A stretch of DNA of 64,000 bases from a bacterium (GTDB taxonomy: Bacteria > RBG-13-61-14 > DATKZS01), in contig CAXXFL010000001.1 of NCBI GenBank assembly GCA_963674965.2, positions 1,088,001 through 1,152,000 of the forward strand, written 5' to 3'. Made by a program: the position numbers and the translations under genes. Below are positions 19,003 to 31,014 of the stretch, piece after piece. Under the pieces are notes generated by a model. The model was not told where the DNA came from. It worked only from the letters and a program-made list of their open reading frames with translations, and did no database searches. Within the stretch, counting starts at the first letter, position 1, and each line of letters opens with the position of its first letter.

Positions 19003-19998
19003 TTATTCCGCGCCCTCGTCCGGGGAGTTTCCTTCCGTTTCATCCCCGGACGCTTTTTCCTCCTGGCCGGTTTCAATGGTCACCAGGGTCTGGTCCTTGA
19101 ATACCACCAGGTCCCGGTCCACCACCCGGTCGCCCTCCACCGCGCCGCCAACGACCTCGTAATTTTCGAGGTCATAGTAACCCAGCTTGAGCTCGGTCAG
19201 CTCGATCCTCGTTTCATCCTTGTTTTTTTCGCTGGTCTTGACAAGGAAGGCCAGGTCCCTTCCCTGCTTTCTCATGATGGCCACCTTGGGCACGAGAGGA
19301 ACGCCGGTCTTCTTGTCGGCCACTATCTCGAGGCGGGCGAACATGCCCGGCTTGAGGGCCCGGTCCGAGTTGGAGATGGATATTTCCGCCACGGCCGTAT
19401 GGGAAAGCTCGTCCAGGACGGGCTCGATTTTGGTAATGGAACCTTTAAAAACCCTGTCCGGGTAAGCGGCGGTCTGGATACGGACCGGGTCTCCCACCTG
19501 CACCCGGCCCAGGTCGCTCTCGATGACGCTGGTTTTTATCTTGACCACGCTTAGGTTCAGTATGGTGGCAACCGGCTGCTGGGCCGAGACGATCGATCCC
19601 TTGTCGTCCTGTATGTAGGCTATCGTTCCCTTCATGGGGGCCTTCACGCCGTAGGCCAGGTACTGGGCGCCGACCTCGTCCCGGTTGACCGTAAGCAGTA
19701 CCTGGTCCAGGCTCACGTCGTCTCCCTTCTTGACCCGGGCCTCGATCAGCTTGCCCGGAAAGGGTATCTTGGCCAGAACGTCGGCGCGCTCGCCCGCCTC
19801 GATCTTGCCCGTGGCTTTGATCAAGTCCTCCACGTCGCCGGTCCCGATGGTCGCCACGTGAACGGGAATGGCCTGGGCCACGTACTCCTCTTCCTTTTGG
19901 GAAGCCTGATAAGCAACATAGCCCTTGGTACCTATATAGCCGGTCAGGACTACCAGCAATAACAGAACGATGAGAAACAATACGGTGCTTGGTTTCAT
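19003..19998 (-). CDS. RND periplasmic adaptor (membrane fusion protein)
   Basis: N-terminal TM, VKKGD, VKAPMKG, LKPGMFARL, VPKVAI. Confidence 0.92.
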   Translation of the reverse strand: MKPSTVLFLIVLLLLVVLTGYIGTKGYVAYQASQKEEEYVAQAIPVHVATIGTGDVEDLIKATGKIEAGERADVLAKIPFPGKLIEARVKKGDDVSLDQVLLTVNRDEVGAQYLAYGVKAPMKGTIAYIQDDKGSIVSAQQPVATILNLSVVKIKTSVIESDLGRVQVGDPVRIQTAAYPDRVFKGSITKIEPVLDELSHTAVAEISISNSDRALKPGMFARLEIVADKKTGVPLVPKVAIMRKQGRDLAFLVKTSEKNKDETRIELTELKLGYYDLENYEVVGGAVEGDRVVDRDLVVFKDQTLVTIETGQEEKASGDETEGNSPDEGAE

Positions 19999-21446
19999 GG
20001 TCTGACGTCCTTTTCCTCCGGCATGCCCAGCGCGGCCTGGAGCTTGTAGTACGCGACGACGTAGTCTTTGACCGCGGTCAGGTAGTCGCCCTTTGCCTGG
20101 GTCACCCTCGTCTGGGCGTCCATTACGTCAAGGTTGCTGGCAAGGCCAACCGAGTAGCGGGCCTTGGCCGCCTCATGGTTCTTCTCGGCGGCGGCCACGT
20201 TTTCCTCCTGCGCCTCGATGGCCTCGCGCGCGGCCTTGAGGTCTAAAAGCGCCATCTGCACCTGGGTCTTGATCCCAAGCTCGAGCGCCCTTTTACCCTT
20301 CTCCGCCTGCTGGAGCATTCCGTAAGCCTCGGCCACCTTTCCCTCCGTCTCACGGCCGTCGTAAAGGGGCATGGTGGCCACTATGCCCGCCTGATAGCCG
20401 TCCATCCACTGCTTGTCGTTGGGGGGCATGTCCTGGCCCCGGTCCCAGGAATAATTGCCGAACAGGGCCAGGGTCGGATAAGCGTTGGCCCTGGCTATCT
20501 CGTGAAGCTTCCTGGCCATCTCGATGCGAAGCTCCATGATCAGGGCCTCGGGCCGGGCGGTAAGGGCCCTTGTATAAAGGTCCTCGGGCACGGGCAGGAC
20601 GTGGGGAGTGTATTTAAGCTCGCCCACCGCCTGGACCGGCGTCTCGAGGTCGATATTGAGGTAATTGTTCAGTCCCAGCCGGGCCATCTTGACCCCGTTT
20701 TTTATTTGTATCTGTCGGGGCCTGATCGAGGCGAGCTGAGCCTTGACCTCGAGAACGTCAAGGTTCGACACCAGGCCCTCCTTGTAGAGGGCCTCGACCT
20801 GACCCAGGTGCGCGGCCACCGTGTCATAGGCCGCGTCCACCACTTTTTGCATTTCCTGGGCCCAAAGAAGATTGTAAAACGCCTGCTCGACGTTGAAGAT
20901 CAACTCGTTCTTGCTCTGCCTGACCTCCTGCTCGGCGGCCTTCTTGTTGAGGTCCGCGGCTTTGACGCCCTTTTTGATTTTTCCGCCCGTGTAAAGCGCG
21001 TATTGGGCCTCGATCTTGACTCCGTAGATGTCGCCTTCCCTGTCGCTTGACATCTCGAAGCTGGGAAAGCCGATGAGGTGGTAATGCTGGGGGGAGGACA
21101 CCGAGGCCGGGTCGTTGGGATCGATGATGCTCACGCCGGTGGGGAAAAGGGTCACGTCATCACCCGTTCCGAAATCGGGAAGCTGATTGGACCTGACGGC
21201 GTTACCGGTCACCTTCAGGGTCGGGTTCCTGGCCGCCTTGGCCTGTATGAGCTGTCCCTGGGCCACGTCGACTCCGGCTTTTTTGACCTCGAGCTCGGGG
21301 TTGTTGTCGAGGGCCATGGAAACGCACTCGTCAAGGGTCAGCCTAACCGGCTCGTTGGCGTCAACGGGTGGTACCACCTGGGACCCGAGAGGGGCCGCCG
21401 CCAGAGCTAAAAAAATTATCGCCATGGCTGAAATCACGGATCTCAT
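19995..21446 (-). CDS. TolC-family outer membrane efflux protein
   Basis: LTLDECVSMALDNNPEL and twin OEP repeats (LYKEGLVSNLDVL / RYSVGLASNLDVMDAQ). Confidence 0.92.
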   Translation of the reverse strand: MRSVISAMAIIFLALAAAPLGSQVVPPVDANEPVRLTLDECVSMALDNNPELEVKKAGVDVAQGQLIQAKAARNPTLKVTGNAVRSNQLPDFGTGDDVTLFPTGVSIIDPNDPASVSSPQHYHLIGFPSFEMSSDREGDIYGVKIEAQYALYTGGKIKKGVKAADLNKKAAEQEVRQSKNELIFNVEQAFYNLLWAQEMQKVVDAAYDTVAAHLGQVEALYKEGLVSNLDVLEVKAQLASIRPRQIQIKNGVKMARLGLNNYLNIDLETPVQAVGELKYTPHVLPVPEDLYTRALTARPEALIMELRIEMARKLHEIARANAYPTLALFGNYSWDRGQDMPPNDKQWMDGYQAGIVATMPLYDGRETEGKVAEAYGMLQQAEKGKRALELGIKTQVQMALLDLKAAREAIEAQEENVAAAEKNHEAAKARYSVGLASNLDVMDAQTRVTQAKGDYLTAVKDYVVAYYKLQAALGMPEEKDVRP

Positions 21447-22096
21447 GCCTTGTCCTCCATGTTCGAACGCCTTCGCGTTCCATTAAAAAATATGTCCAGA
21501 GCAAGGGGGGCCTTCTCTTGGAGGGGATAGGGCTGATCGGCGTTGACGTATATGAAAAGAAGAGTGTGCATGATACCGATAAAGGTCATGGCCAACTCGG
21601 CCGGGGCCATCGGTTTGAACAAACCCTCGTCAAGTCCTTGCTGCATTATCTTTACCATCTTAAGAAGGTATTGCTGATATTTCTCCTGAACCACGTCGGC
21701 AAAGAACCCCTTCGAGCTGAAATCGAAGTTCGAGCGCTGCTCGGCGAAAATCTTGAAGAAATAACGCTCCCTCTCGAAAAACCCGAGAATCGTGACGACG
21801 AAATTATTTAGCTTGTCTTCTATTCCGTCCGCCTCTTCCATCGCCTGGTCAACCTGACTTTCAAGAGCGTCGATCTTCTCGGATAAAAGGGAGAAGTATA
21901 GCTCCTCCTTGTTCTTGAAGAAGTTGTAAAGAGAGCCGGTGGAGAACTCGGCCTCCTTGGCTATCTCGCTCATCGCCGCGCCGTGGTAGCCCTTTTCGGC
22001 GAAAACCTTCACCGCCGCGTTGATGATTTCCTTTCTTCGGGCAAGGAATTCACGCTCTTTTCTACTAAGCTTGGCGTCCCCTGAATTATCGTTCAT
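21443..22096 (-). CDS. TetR/AcrR family regulator
   Basis: IINAAVKVFAEKGYHGAAMSEIAKEAEFSTGSLYNFFKNKEELY HTH. Confidence 0.95.
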   Translation of the reverse strand: MNDNSGDAKLSRKEREFLARRKEIINAAVKVFAEKGYHGAAMSEIAKEAEFSTGSLYNFFKNKEELYFSLLSEKIDALESQVDQAMEEADGIEDKLNNFVVTILGFFERERYFFKIFAEQRSNFDFSSKGFFADVVQEKYQQYLLKMVKIMQQGLDEGLFKPMAPAELAMTFIGIMHTLLFIYVNADQPYPLQEKAPLALDIFFNGTRRRSNMEDKA

Positions 22097-22326
22097 TAAT
22101 TAAATCCACGTTCAGTTTTTGCATGAAGAAAATCACATATTGCCAATAAAGTCAAACTCTTTTCATCTATTACCCTCCTTGACAAGCGACTGAAAGGACG
22201 AAAAACTTTTTCCGTCCGTAAAACTTCGCGCGCCGCGAAAAATAATCGAATATAATTCAAAGCCTTGAGCGTTATACGCGCCGGGAACGGTCCCGGCCTA
22301 TATATACCGCGCGGAAAAACAACGCC

Positions 22327-23745
22327 TCAGTCGAGGTCCACCGGCTCCCCCAACTTCATGATCTCGACCGACTTCACGCCGTCATCCAACAGCACGTCCT
22401 TCAGGTGCCCCTGGGCGTCGGGCTCGCCGTGGACCAGGAAAACCCGCTTGATCGAATCCTTGTCCAGCTTCCTTACCCAGCTTTTGATCTCCTCGTAGTC
22501 CGCGTGGGCGGAAAAGGCGTTGAGTATCTTCACCCGGGCGCGCAGAGGATAGCTCTGCCCGAATATCTTAAGCTCCGACTCGCGGTCGGCGAGTCTTCTT
22601 CCCAGAGTATGCTGGGCCATAAAACCCACGATGAGAATCACGTTTTTCGGATTTGAAACGTTGTTGGCCAGATGGTGGAGTATCCGCCCGCCCTCGCACA
22701 TCCCGCTGGAGGAAATGATCACCATCGGCCCGTCCATGGAGTTGAGCGAGATGCTCTCGCTCGTGCTGGTAACGAACCTCAGCGTCTCGAAGCCAAAGGG
22801 GTTCTTGTGATGATCGATAAAGGCCTGCCGAGTCGCCTCGTCGTAACACTCCGGATGGGTCCTGAAAATGGAGGTCGCGTTCACCGCCATGGGGCTGTCC
22901 ACGAAGATGGGTATCTCCGGTATCTTGTTCTCGTCCCGCAAAATGTGAAGATGATACACGAGTTCCTGGGTGCGGCCGACCGCGAAGGACGGGATGATAA
23001 GCTTGCTCCTGTTCTCCCATACCTGGTTTACAACCTCGGCCAGCTCGACCCTGGTCTTTAAAAGGTCGTCATGCAGACGGTTGCCGTAGGTCGACTCGCA
23101 GATAAGATAGTCTATGGGCGGCAAAACCTCCGGGTCCTGGATGATCGCCTGGTTGTCCCGGCCCAGGTCCCCCGTGAATCCGACGGAGACAGTCTTTCCG
23201 TTGGACTTGATCTCAAGCCTCACCAGGGCCGAGCCTAAAATATGTCCAGCGTCGAAAAACTGGGCCTTGACCCCATCGGCCACGTGGAAAGGCCGGTTGT
23301 AGGATATGCCCACGAAATATGAAAGGCTCTTCAAAACGTCCTGCTCGTTATAGAGCGGCTCGACCGGCGTCTGGTCTTCCTCGTGCCCGCTCTTGGCGCG
23401 CTTTTTCATGATAAACTCGGCGTCCTTGGCCTGAAGATGGGCCGAGTCCATCATTATAAGAGAGCTGATGTCCCGCGTGGCCGGCGTACAGTATACGTTG
23501 CCGGTAAAGCCATGGTTAACCAGGATGGGTATGGCGCCGCTATGGTCGAAATGGCCGTGACTTAAGAGGAGGGCCTCGACGCCTTCTCCGTCAAAGGGAA
23601 AATTCTGATTCTTTTCTCTTGATTTGCGGCGCGAGCCCTGAAACATGCCGCAATCGAGGAGGACCCGGCGCCCGTCAATCTCGATTATATGCTTCGAGCC
23701 GGTAACTTCCTCCGCCGCTCCCCACGAACACAACGTAATTGGCAT
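22327..23745 (-). CDS. MBL-fold beta-CASP ribonuclease (YSH1/CPSF-like)
   Basis: GAAEEVTGS, LLDCGMFQG, SHGHFDHSG, AGHILGS, ESTYGNRLH, FSAHAD, VHGE. Confidence 0.92.
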   Translation of the reverse strand: MPITLCSWGAAEEVTGSKHIIEIDGRRVLLDCGMFQGSRRKSREKNQNFPFDGEGVEALLLSHGHFDHSGAIPILVNHGFTGNVYCTPATRDISSLIMMDSAHLQAKDAEFIMKKRAKSGHEEDQTPVEPLYNEQDVLKSLSYFVGISYNRPFHVADGVKAQFFDAGHILGSALVRLEIKSNGKTVSVGFTGDLGRDNQAIIQDPEVLPPIDYLICESTYGNRLHDDLLKTRVELAEVVNQVWENRSKLIIPSFAVGRTQELVYHLHILRDENKIPEIPIFVDSPMAVNATSIFRTHPECYDEATRQAFIDHHKNPFGFETLRFVTSTSESISLNSMDGPMVIISSSGMCEGGRILHHLANNVSNPKNVILIVGFMAQHTLGRRLADRESELKIFGQSYPLRARVKILNAFSAHADYEEIKSWVRKLDKDSIKRVFLVHGEPDAQGHLKDVLLDDGVKSVEIMKLGEPVDLD

Positions 23746-23983
23746 AACTTCTCCTTGATCGACTCCAGCATATATCGCCTCCGCAAAGAAATATTTGAGC
23801 TAACTTTATCACGAGAAAATGGCCCTGTCCAACCTTGGCCATCCCCCGAAAAGGCGCGGGAAAAAGGACTGAGCCATTTATTCCAGGCGCGGTGAAAGGG
23901 CGTTTCGCCGCCTCTCTTGATTCTCCGCCTCCGGATTCCCCCGGGTTTGTAAGGCCGACTTAATAATGTAACATGTACTCATC

Positions 23984-25021
23984 GTGGCTGTGAACACCAT
24001 TCGCGTTGGACTTTACGACGGGTCAACCGGACGAGGCACGGGACCCGATACCTACTGCCGCTCCATACGGGCGGCTTCCCTGCCAGGCGTGAGCTTTGCC
24101 GAGGTATCCCCCGATTCCTCGCCTGAGGCCGACCTCATTCACGTAACCGACGCCAAGCGCGTGCCGCTTTCCTCGCTCGAATCCTGGCGAGCGCCGGTTA
24201 TTCTCGATTTTCACGACGATTACTGGACAAAGTTCCGAGCCTTCCCTTCCCCCGACGCGCCCATCCGCTGGATAAGACAAAAACAGCTTTACGGGCGGCA
24301 CTTAACTTCCATCTCGAAAGCGGCCGCCATCGTCGTTCACTCCGAATCGGTCAGGCAATCCATCGAGACCTTTCTCGATGAAACGAAAAGATCGAGAAGT
24401 AATCCCGGGCCTATAACGCGAGTGGTCAGGTACGGCGTCCAGGCTCCCGACTTCGAGGGACCCAGATCGGAAGACGCGGGCGAGCGGTTGATACTTCTCG
24501 TGGGCCGCGACGTCTTCAGGAAGGGCTTCCAGACCATGGCCCGCGCCATGCGTATCGTCGTCTCGAGGCAACCATCGTCAAAACTGGTTGTCATAGGAGA
24601 CGAGTACCCTCACTCGAGGATCGCCGCCCATGTCCTCGCGGCGGGACTGCCCGCCACCTTTCTGCCGGCCGCGCCGGCGAGCGAGATCATCCGGTGGTAT
24701 AAGCGGGCCTCGGTCCTGGCCCTGCCCAGCCGCCTCGAGGCCTTCGGCATCGTGCTTATCGAGGCCATGGCCGCCGGCACGCCGGTGGTGGCCTCGAGGG
24801 TCGGCGGCATACCCGAGGCGGTCGAGGACGAGGTGAGCGGACTTTTACATGAACCGGGAAACCATCGCGACCTGGCGGATAAAATCGTCCGGACCCTGGA
24901 GGACGAGGAATTGCGCTCGCGACTCGTCAGGGGCGGACGGGAGAGGGCGAGGCTGTTTTCCATCGAGAACATGGCCGCCGACCTGGCCAGGGCATATAAG
25001 GAAACAATGGAGACGATATAA
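23984..25021 (+). CDS. Glycosyltransferase family 4
   Basis: VGR...RKG and LPSRLEAFGIVLIEAMAAGTPVVASRVGGIPE. Confidence 0.9.
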   Translation: MAVNTIRVGLYDGSTGRGTGPDTYCRSIRAASLPGVSFAEVSPDSSPEADLIHVTDAKRVPLSSLESWRAPVILDFHDDYWTKFRAFPSPDAPIRWIRQKQLYGRHLTSISKAAAIVVHSESVRQSIETFLDETKRSRSNPGPITRVVRYGVQAPDFEGPRSEDAGERLILLVGRDVFRKGFQTMARAMRIVVSRQPSSKLVVIGDEYPHSRIAAHVLAAGLPATFLPAAPASEIIRWYKRASVLALPSRLEAFGIVLIEAMAAGTPVVASRVGGIPEAVEDEVSGLLHEPGNHRDLADKIVRTLEDEELRSRLVRGGRERARLFSIENMAADLARAYKETMETI

Positions 25022-26257
25022 ATGGCGAAGCTTACGAAAAAGAAAAGAATCGTCTTCGCCCTTCTTACCCTGTTCATCATTCTTGCCTCGGCGGAAACCA
25101 TTCTTCGCCTGAAAGATTTCAGCTTTTACTTCAATTTCAGCGCCGACCTCCTGGGCATGCCCCTGCTCGACCTGCATAAGCTGCGAAGGGTACAGAACAA
25201 GGCCGTCGATTTCGATCCCTACCTGTTCTGGAAATTCAAGCCCAACCAATACCTGGATAATCGCGAAGCCTACGGAAAACCCGTGACCATCAACTCCCAC
25301 GGATTCAGGGGACCGGACTGGCAAGATCAAAAACCCAAAGGAGTCTATCGGGTCGCCTGCCTTGGCGACTCCACCACCTTCGGCTGGAGCGTGGGAGACG
25401 AGGAGACCTTCCCCGTCAAGCTGCAAAAGGCGCTGGAAGAATCACTCCAGGGGTCCGGCCTCAAGGTCGAGGTCTTAAACCTGGGCGTGACCGGCTATAC
25501 CTCGCGCCAGGGCAGAGAACTCATGGCCAGGTACGCCGCCGATTGGAAGCCCGACCTGGTCATTTTCGCCTTCGGCCCCAACGACAGGCTGCCGGCCTTG
25601 AAAAGCGACCGGGAGCATCTCGAGAACCGGACTTGGGCGCGGGGCAAGGTCAGCGTCTTTTTTCATCGCTTTCAGGTTTACAAGCTTCTCAAGGCGGGCG
25701 TTATCTACCTCGAGAACCGGGCCAGGGGAAGGAGCCTGGACCCCGCCACTTATATTTCCCAGCTCAAGCGAAAGGTCAGTCCCGACGAATATCGGCAAAA
25801 CGCGGCCGAGGTTAAAAAGATTTGCGACCGGATCGGCGCGGACCTCATCATCGTCGACGTGGACTTTCCATCTCTTCCCGAGGACCACGTTTACGAGGAA
25901 GTTAAAAAACAGGCCGATCAAAAAGGCGCCGCGTTTCCCGCCGGCTTCGGCTCATGGGACCCTGAAGCGGTAACCCGGGACGCCTGCTGGGAGCTGTCCG
26001 TAACCTGCGTTCACGCGAGGCCCCTGTTCAAGGAAAAGCTGGCGATTATTGAAAGCGATAAACTCGATCCGGCCCGGGCGGCTGAAATTGCCGAACGCCT
26101 TGGAGACCTGGTGGAGAAGGAGCCATGGCGATATCTTATGGTCGATAACGGCCACCCCAACGGATGGGGACATGAGCTATTGGCCGCCGAGATATTAAAG
26201 GCCATCAAGGCCCTGCCGAGATACGCGGAGCTCCGGGCCGGGACACGGGCGCCATGA
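25022..26257 (+). CDS. Membrane-anchored SGNH/GDSL hydrolase
   Basis: INSHGFRG, LGDSTTFG, NLGVTGY, GPND, DNGHPN. Confidence 0.88.
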   Translation: MAKLTKKKRIVFALLTLFIILASAETILRLKDFSFYFNFSADLLGMPLLDLHKLRRVQNKAVDFDPYLFWKFKPNQYLDNREAYGKPVTINSHGFRGPDWQDQKPKGVYRVACLGDSTTFGWSVGDEETFPVKLQKALEESLQGSGLKVEVLNLGVTGYTSRQGRELMARYAADWKPDLVIFAFGPNDRLPALKSDREHLENRTWARGKVSVFFHRFQVYKLLKAGVIYLENRARGRSLDPATYISQLKRKVSPDEYRQNAAEVKKICDRIGADLIIVDVDFPSLPEDHVYEEVKKQADQKGAAFPAGFGSWDPEAVTRDACWELSVTCVHARPLFKEKLAIIESDKLDPARAAEIAERLGDLVEKEPWRYLMVDNGHPNGWGHELLAAEILKAIKALPRYAELRAGTRAP

Positions 26258-27285
26258 AAAAAGCCTCTCCTCTTCGCCGTCTGGCCTTTTCCCTGATACC
26301 GGCGCTGATTTTCTTCGCGCTGCTCGAGGTCTGTCTTCGGGCCACCGGCTTTCATTACCAGCGCTCCCGTTCCTATATGACCTTCAACTTCCCGAACCCG
26401 AACGAGCTGCATAATATCTTCCAGCCCGATCCGGAGCTGCTCTGGAGGCTCCGTCCCGGATACGTTTTAGGTGAGGGTTTCGCGCCGCTCAACTCGAGGG
26501 GCTTTCGAGGCGACGAGTCGTCCCCCAAAAAACCGGGGCTTTTTCGGCTGGCCTGCGTTGGAGACTCCGTCATCTTCGGCCGGCCCGGGGCCGACCTGGC
26601 CGCTCTGATCGAGGAGGCCTCAAGCTCTTCCCTCGAGGCCATGAACTTCGGCGTGCCGGGTTACTCGAGCTGGCAAGGTAAAAAACTCCTGCCCCGGATA
26701 CTGGAGGAATACAAGCCCGACGCCGCGCTGATAATGTTCGGATGGAACGACCACTGGCTGGCCAAGGGGTTCGCGGACAAGGACCAGATCGTGACCGAGT
26801 CCATCGCCGCCGACGCTCTCGACCCGATCCGAGGCCTTCGAGTGTACCAGCTTCTGCACAAGACCTCGGACAAGCTCCGGCAAACCAAGAAAAACGCGCC
26901 CGCCACCCTCCGCGTGTCAAGAGAAGATTATAAGGAGAACCTTGTCGCCATGGCGGACCTCGCCCGCGGCGCCGGCGCTATTCCCATCTTCGCCGTCCCT
27001 CCAAGCGCCATCGGAGTGGACAAAGTCCCCGACTACCTGACCTACCTCGAGTTTATTAAGAAGCAGGAAGACCTCGCCAAAATTCACGGCCAGTACTCCG
27101 AGATCACCCGCCAGACCGCGATGGAGCAAAAGGTGGTCCTCGTTGACCTGGAGAAGACTTTCCAGGGAAGAGACCTTCGCGAGTTGTTCAACGACCCTTC
27201 CCGGGACGTTATTCATCCCAATCCGGAGGGCTACCGGATCATGGCCGAGGAGATAGCCCGGACCTTGGCGCGAATCGATCGCTGA
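26254..27285 (+). CDS. Membrane-anchored SGNH/GDSL hydrolase
   Basis: LNSRGFRG, VGDSVIFG, NFGVPGYSS, GWND, DVIHPN. Confidence 0.88.
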   Translation: MKKASPLRRLAFSLIPALIFFALLEVCLRATGFHYQRSRSYMTFNFPNPNELHNIFQPDPELLWRLRPGYVLGEGFAPLNSRGFRGDESSPKKPGLFRLACVGDSVIFGRPGADLAALIEEASSSSLEAMNFGVPGYSSWQGKKLLPRILEEYKPDAALIMFGWNDHWLAKGFADKDQIVTESIAADALDPIRGLRVYQLLHKTSDKLRQTKKNAPATLRVSREDYKENLVAMADLARGAGAIPIFAVPPSAIGVDKVPDYLTYLEFIKKQEDLAKIHGQYSEITRQTAMEQKVVLVDLEKTFQGRDLRELFNDPSRDVIHPNPEGYRIMAEEIARTLARIDR

Positions 27286-27467
27286 TTTTGTTGGCTTCCG
27301 GCTTGCATTCCGGCCCGTTACCGCAATAAGATACGGTTCTCAGGGAGAGGAGCAGGGGAGTACTTCCGCCCGGCCGGACGGGTTCATGGGGAAGCAGGGT
27401 GGAAGCTACTCGTAGTTTTTTTACGATGGCTCATCGAGCCATGTTCAGTAACCATGAGGAGGCTTAA

Positions 27468-28751
<1,284 letters not shown>

Positions 28752-28831
28752 TCAAGACGAAACAAAGTCTCGGGCGGCCGGGCGCGCCCCGGTCGGGACG
28801 GGTTTGCCTACTGAAATTCAAGGAGACGACT

Positions 28832-29884
28832 ATGGGCTTTTTTACGATAGAGTGGCGAGACGGCAAGGTCTTGATGATCGACCAGCGCCGTCTTCCGGTC
28901 GAGGAAATTTACAACGAATATACGAGTTACGAGGAAGTGGCCGAGGCCATCGAGGTCATGGTCATTCGAGGCGCCCCGGCCATAGGCGTGGCCGCGGCCA
29001 TGGGCGTGGCCCTGGCGGCCCGGGAGGGAGCGGCCAAGGACTCGGAAGCCGATTTCAAGGGTACCATGGAGACCGCCTACGCCCGTCTGCTTAGGACCCG
29101 GCCCACGGCGGTCAACCTCTTCTGGGCCATTGACCGCATGAAGAAGCTCGAGAAGAGCATGAACGGCGCCTCCCCCCGCGAGATCGCCGAGGCCATGGAA
29201 AAAGAATCCATCCTGGTCCTCAAGGAGGACGTCGAGATCAACCGTAAAATGGGATTCAAAGGGGCCGAGTATATCGACGACGGTGACGTCGTCCTCACCC
29301 ACTGCAACGCCGGGGCCCTGGCCACGGGCGGATACGGAACGGCCCTGGGCGTCATCAGGGCGGCCGTCGAGCAGGGAAAGAAAATTCAGGTCGTGGCCGA
29401 CGAGACGCGTCCCTTTTTACAGGGCGCCCGCCTCACGGTGTGGGAGCTTATGAAGGACGATATACCGGTTACCCTTATTACCGACAACATGGCCGGGCAC
29501 CTTATGAAGATGGGCAGGATCAACAAGGTCGTCACCGGCGCGGACAGGGTCGCCCATAACGGCGACGCGGCCAATAAGATCGGGACTTACTCGGTGGCCG
29601 TGCTGGCCAACAGACATGAGGTCCCCTTCTTTATCGCGGCGCCCCTCTCGACGGTGGACCGCGATACCCCGACGGGCGACCAGATACCCATCGAGGAAAG
29701 GACCCCCACCGAGATCACTCACGTGCTCGGGACCAGGATAGTGCCGGAGGGGACCAAGGTATTCCATCCGGCTTTCGACGTGACCCCCGCCGAACTGATC
29801 AAGGCCCTTTTTACCGAGGCCGGCGTGGCCGAGCCGCCAAGCGTGAAAAACATCGACGCGCTCTTTCAAAAAGCGGGACGGTAA
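28832..29884 (+). CDS. mtnA: S-methyl-5-thioribose-1-phosphate isomerase
   Basis: [54 protein letters not shown]. Confidence 0.96.
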   Translation: MGFFTIEWRDGKVLMIDQRRLPVEEIYNEYTSYEEVAEAIEVMVIRGAPAIGVAAAMGVALAAREGAAKDSEADFKGTMETAYARLLRTRPTAVNLFWAIDRMKKLEKSMNGASPREIAEAMEKESILVLKEDVEINRKMGFKGAEYIDDGDVVLTHCNAGALATGGYGTALGVIRAAVEQGKKIQVVADETRPFLQGARLTVWELMKDDIPVTLITDNMAGHLMKMGRINKVVTGADRVAHNGDAANKIGTYSVAVLANRHEVPFFIAAPLSTVDRDTPTGDQIPIEERTPTEITHVLGTRIVPEGTKVFHPAFDVTPAELIKALFTEAGVAEPPSVKNIDALFQKAGR

Positions 29885-29906
29885 ATTCAAGACACGGAGT
29901 TAATGA

Positions 29907-31001
29907 ATGCGGGACATTATCGGAAAAAGCAAATATGAGATAGACACGCCCGCCTTTCTTGTCGACCTTGACAAGCTCAAAGGCAACGTCCGGAAAATGG
30001 CCGACTTCTTCAAGGACAAGCCATGCGGGCTCCGGCCCCACTGGAAGACGCCCAAGACGGTCGAGATAGCCAAGATGCAGCTCGAGGCCGGCGCCATCGG
30101 CATCACCTGCGCCAAGGTGAGCGAGGCCGAGATACTGGTGGACTCGGGAGTCAAGGACGTTCTCATCGCCAACGAGGTGGTGGGCCCAAGGAAGGTCGAG
30201 AAACTGTCGGCGCTGAACGCTCGGGCGGACGTCAAATGCGCGGCGGACGACCCGGGCCAGGTAAAGGCCCTTTCCGAGGCGGCCATTGCCGCCGGCGTTA
30301 CCATTGGCGTGGTTATAGACGTTTTCGTCGGGCTTCCCCGCTGCGGCGTGAAGCCCGAGGACGCCGCGGCCCTGGCCAAGATCGTGGACCAGGCCGGTGG
30401 ACTAAAGCTTCGGGGCGTGATGGGATACGAGGGCCACGTGGTCAACATCGAGGACGTGGAGCAGCGAAAGGCCGAGGCTCACAAAAGCATGGGCATGCTG
30501 GTCCAGGCGGCCGAGTCCATCCGCGCCTCGGGTCTTCCCTGCGACCTCGTGTCGGGAGGCGGAAGCGGAACGTACAACTTCAGCGGGACCTTTCCCGGCG
30601 TGACCGAAATCCAGGCCGGCTCCTATTGCCTCATGGACGTGAAATACGGAAAGCTGGACATGGGCTTCGAAAAGGCCGTAACCATACTCTCATCCGTCTG
30701 GTCCAAGGCCCCGGCCCTGCCCGGCTGGACCATCATCGACGCGGGCATGAAAACCATGACCTACGAGTTCGGTCTTCCCGAGCTGATCGGCGTTCCCAAC
30801 GCTCGGCTGGCCATGCTCAGCGAGGAGCACGGTCACCTGTTCGCGGAGGGCGCCGACCCGGGCCTCGAGCTGGGGGACAAGGTCGAGCTGTATCCTTCCC
30901 ATATCTGCACCACCATCAACCTGCACGACTGGATGTACGTCATCCAGGACGAGGAGGTTGTTGACGTCTGGGAAATCAAGGGAAGAGGAAAAAGCCGGTA
31001 A
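29907..31001 (+). CDS. DSD1-family PLP-dependent enzyme (D-threonine aldolase / D-serine dehydratase-like)
   Basis: DTPAFLVD, LRPHWKTPK (PLP Lys), CAKVSEAE, GYEGH, EIQAGSY, SEEHG, PSHICTTINLHD. Confidence 0.88.
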   Translation: MRDIIGKSKYEIDTPAFLVDLDKLKGNVRKMADFFKDKPCGLRPHWKTPKTVEIAKMQLEAGAIGITCAKVSEAEILVDSGVKDVLIANEVVGPRKVEKLSALNARADVKCAADDPGQVKALSEAAIAAGVTIGVVIDVFVGLPRCGVKPEDAAALAKIVDQAGGLKLRGVMGYEGHVVNIEDVEQRKAEAHKSMGMLVQAAESIRASGLPCDLVSGGGSGTYNFSGTFPGVTEIQAGSYCLMDVKYGKLDMGFEKAVTILSSVWSKAPALPGWTIIDAGMKTMTYEFGLPELIGVPNARLAMLSEEHGHLFAEGADPGLELGDKVELYPSHICTTINLHDWMYVIQDEEVVDVWEIKGRGKSR

Positions 31002-31014
31002 GGGATTTCTCGGG

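Noticed and set aside
27358-27411. Possible SRP (4.5S) RNA because of GGAAGCAG within a long stem
   Set aside because: Lacks the CAGG...GGAA tetraloop helix-8 arrangement; kept only as a structured leader.
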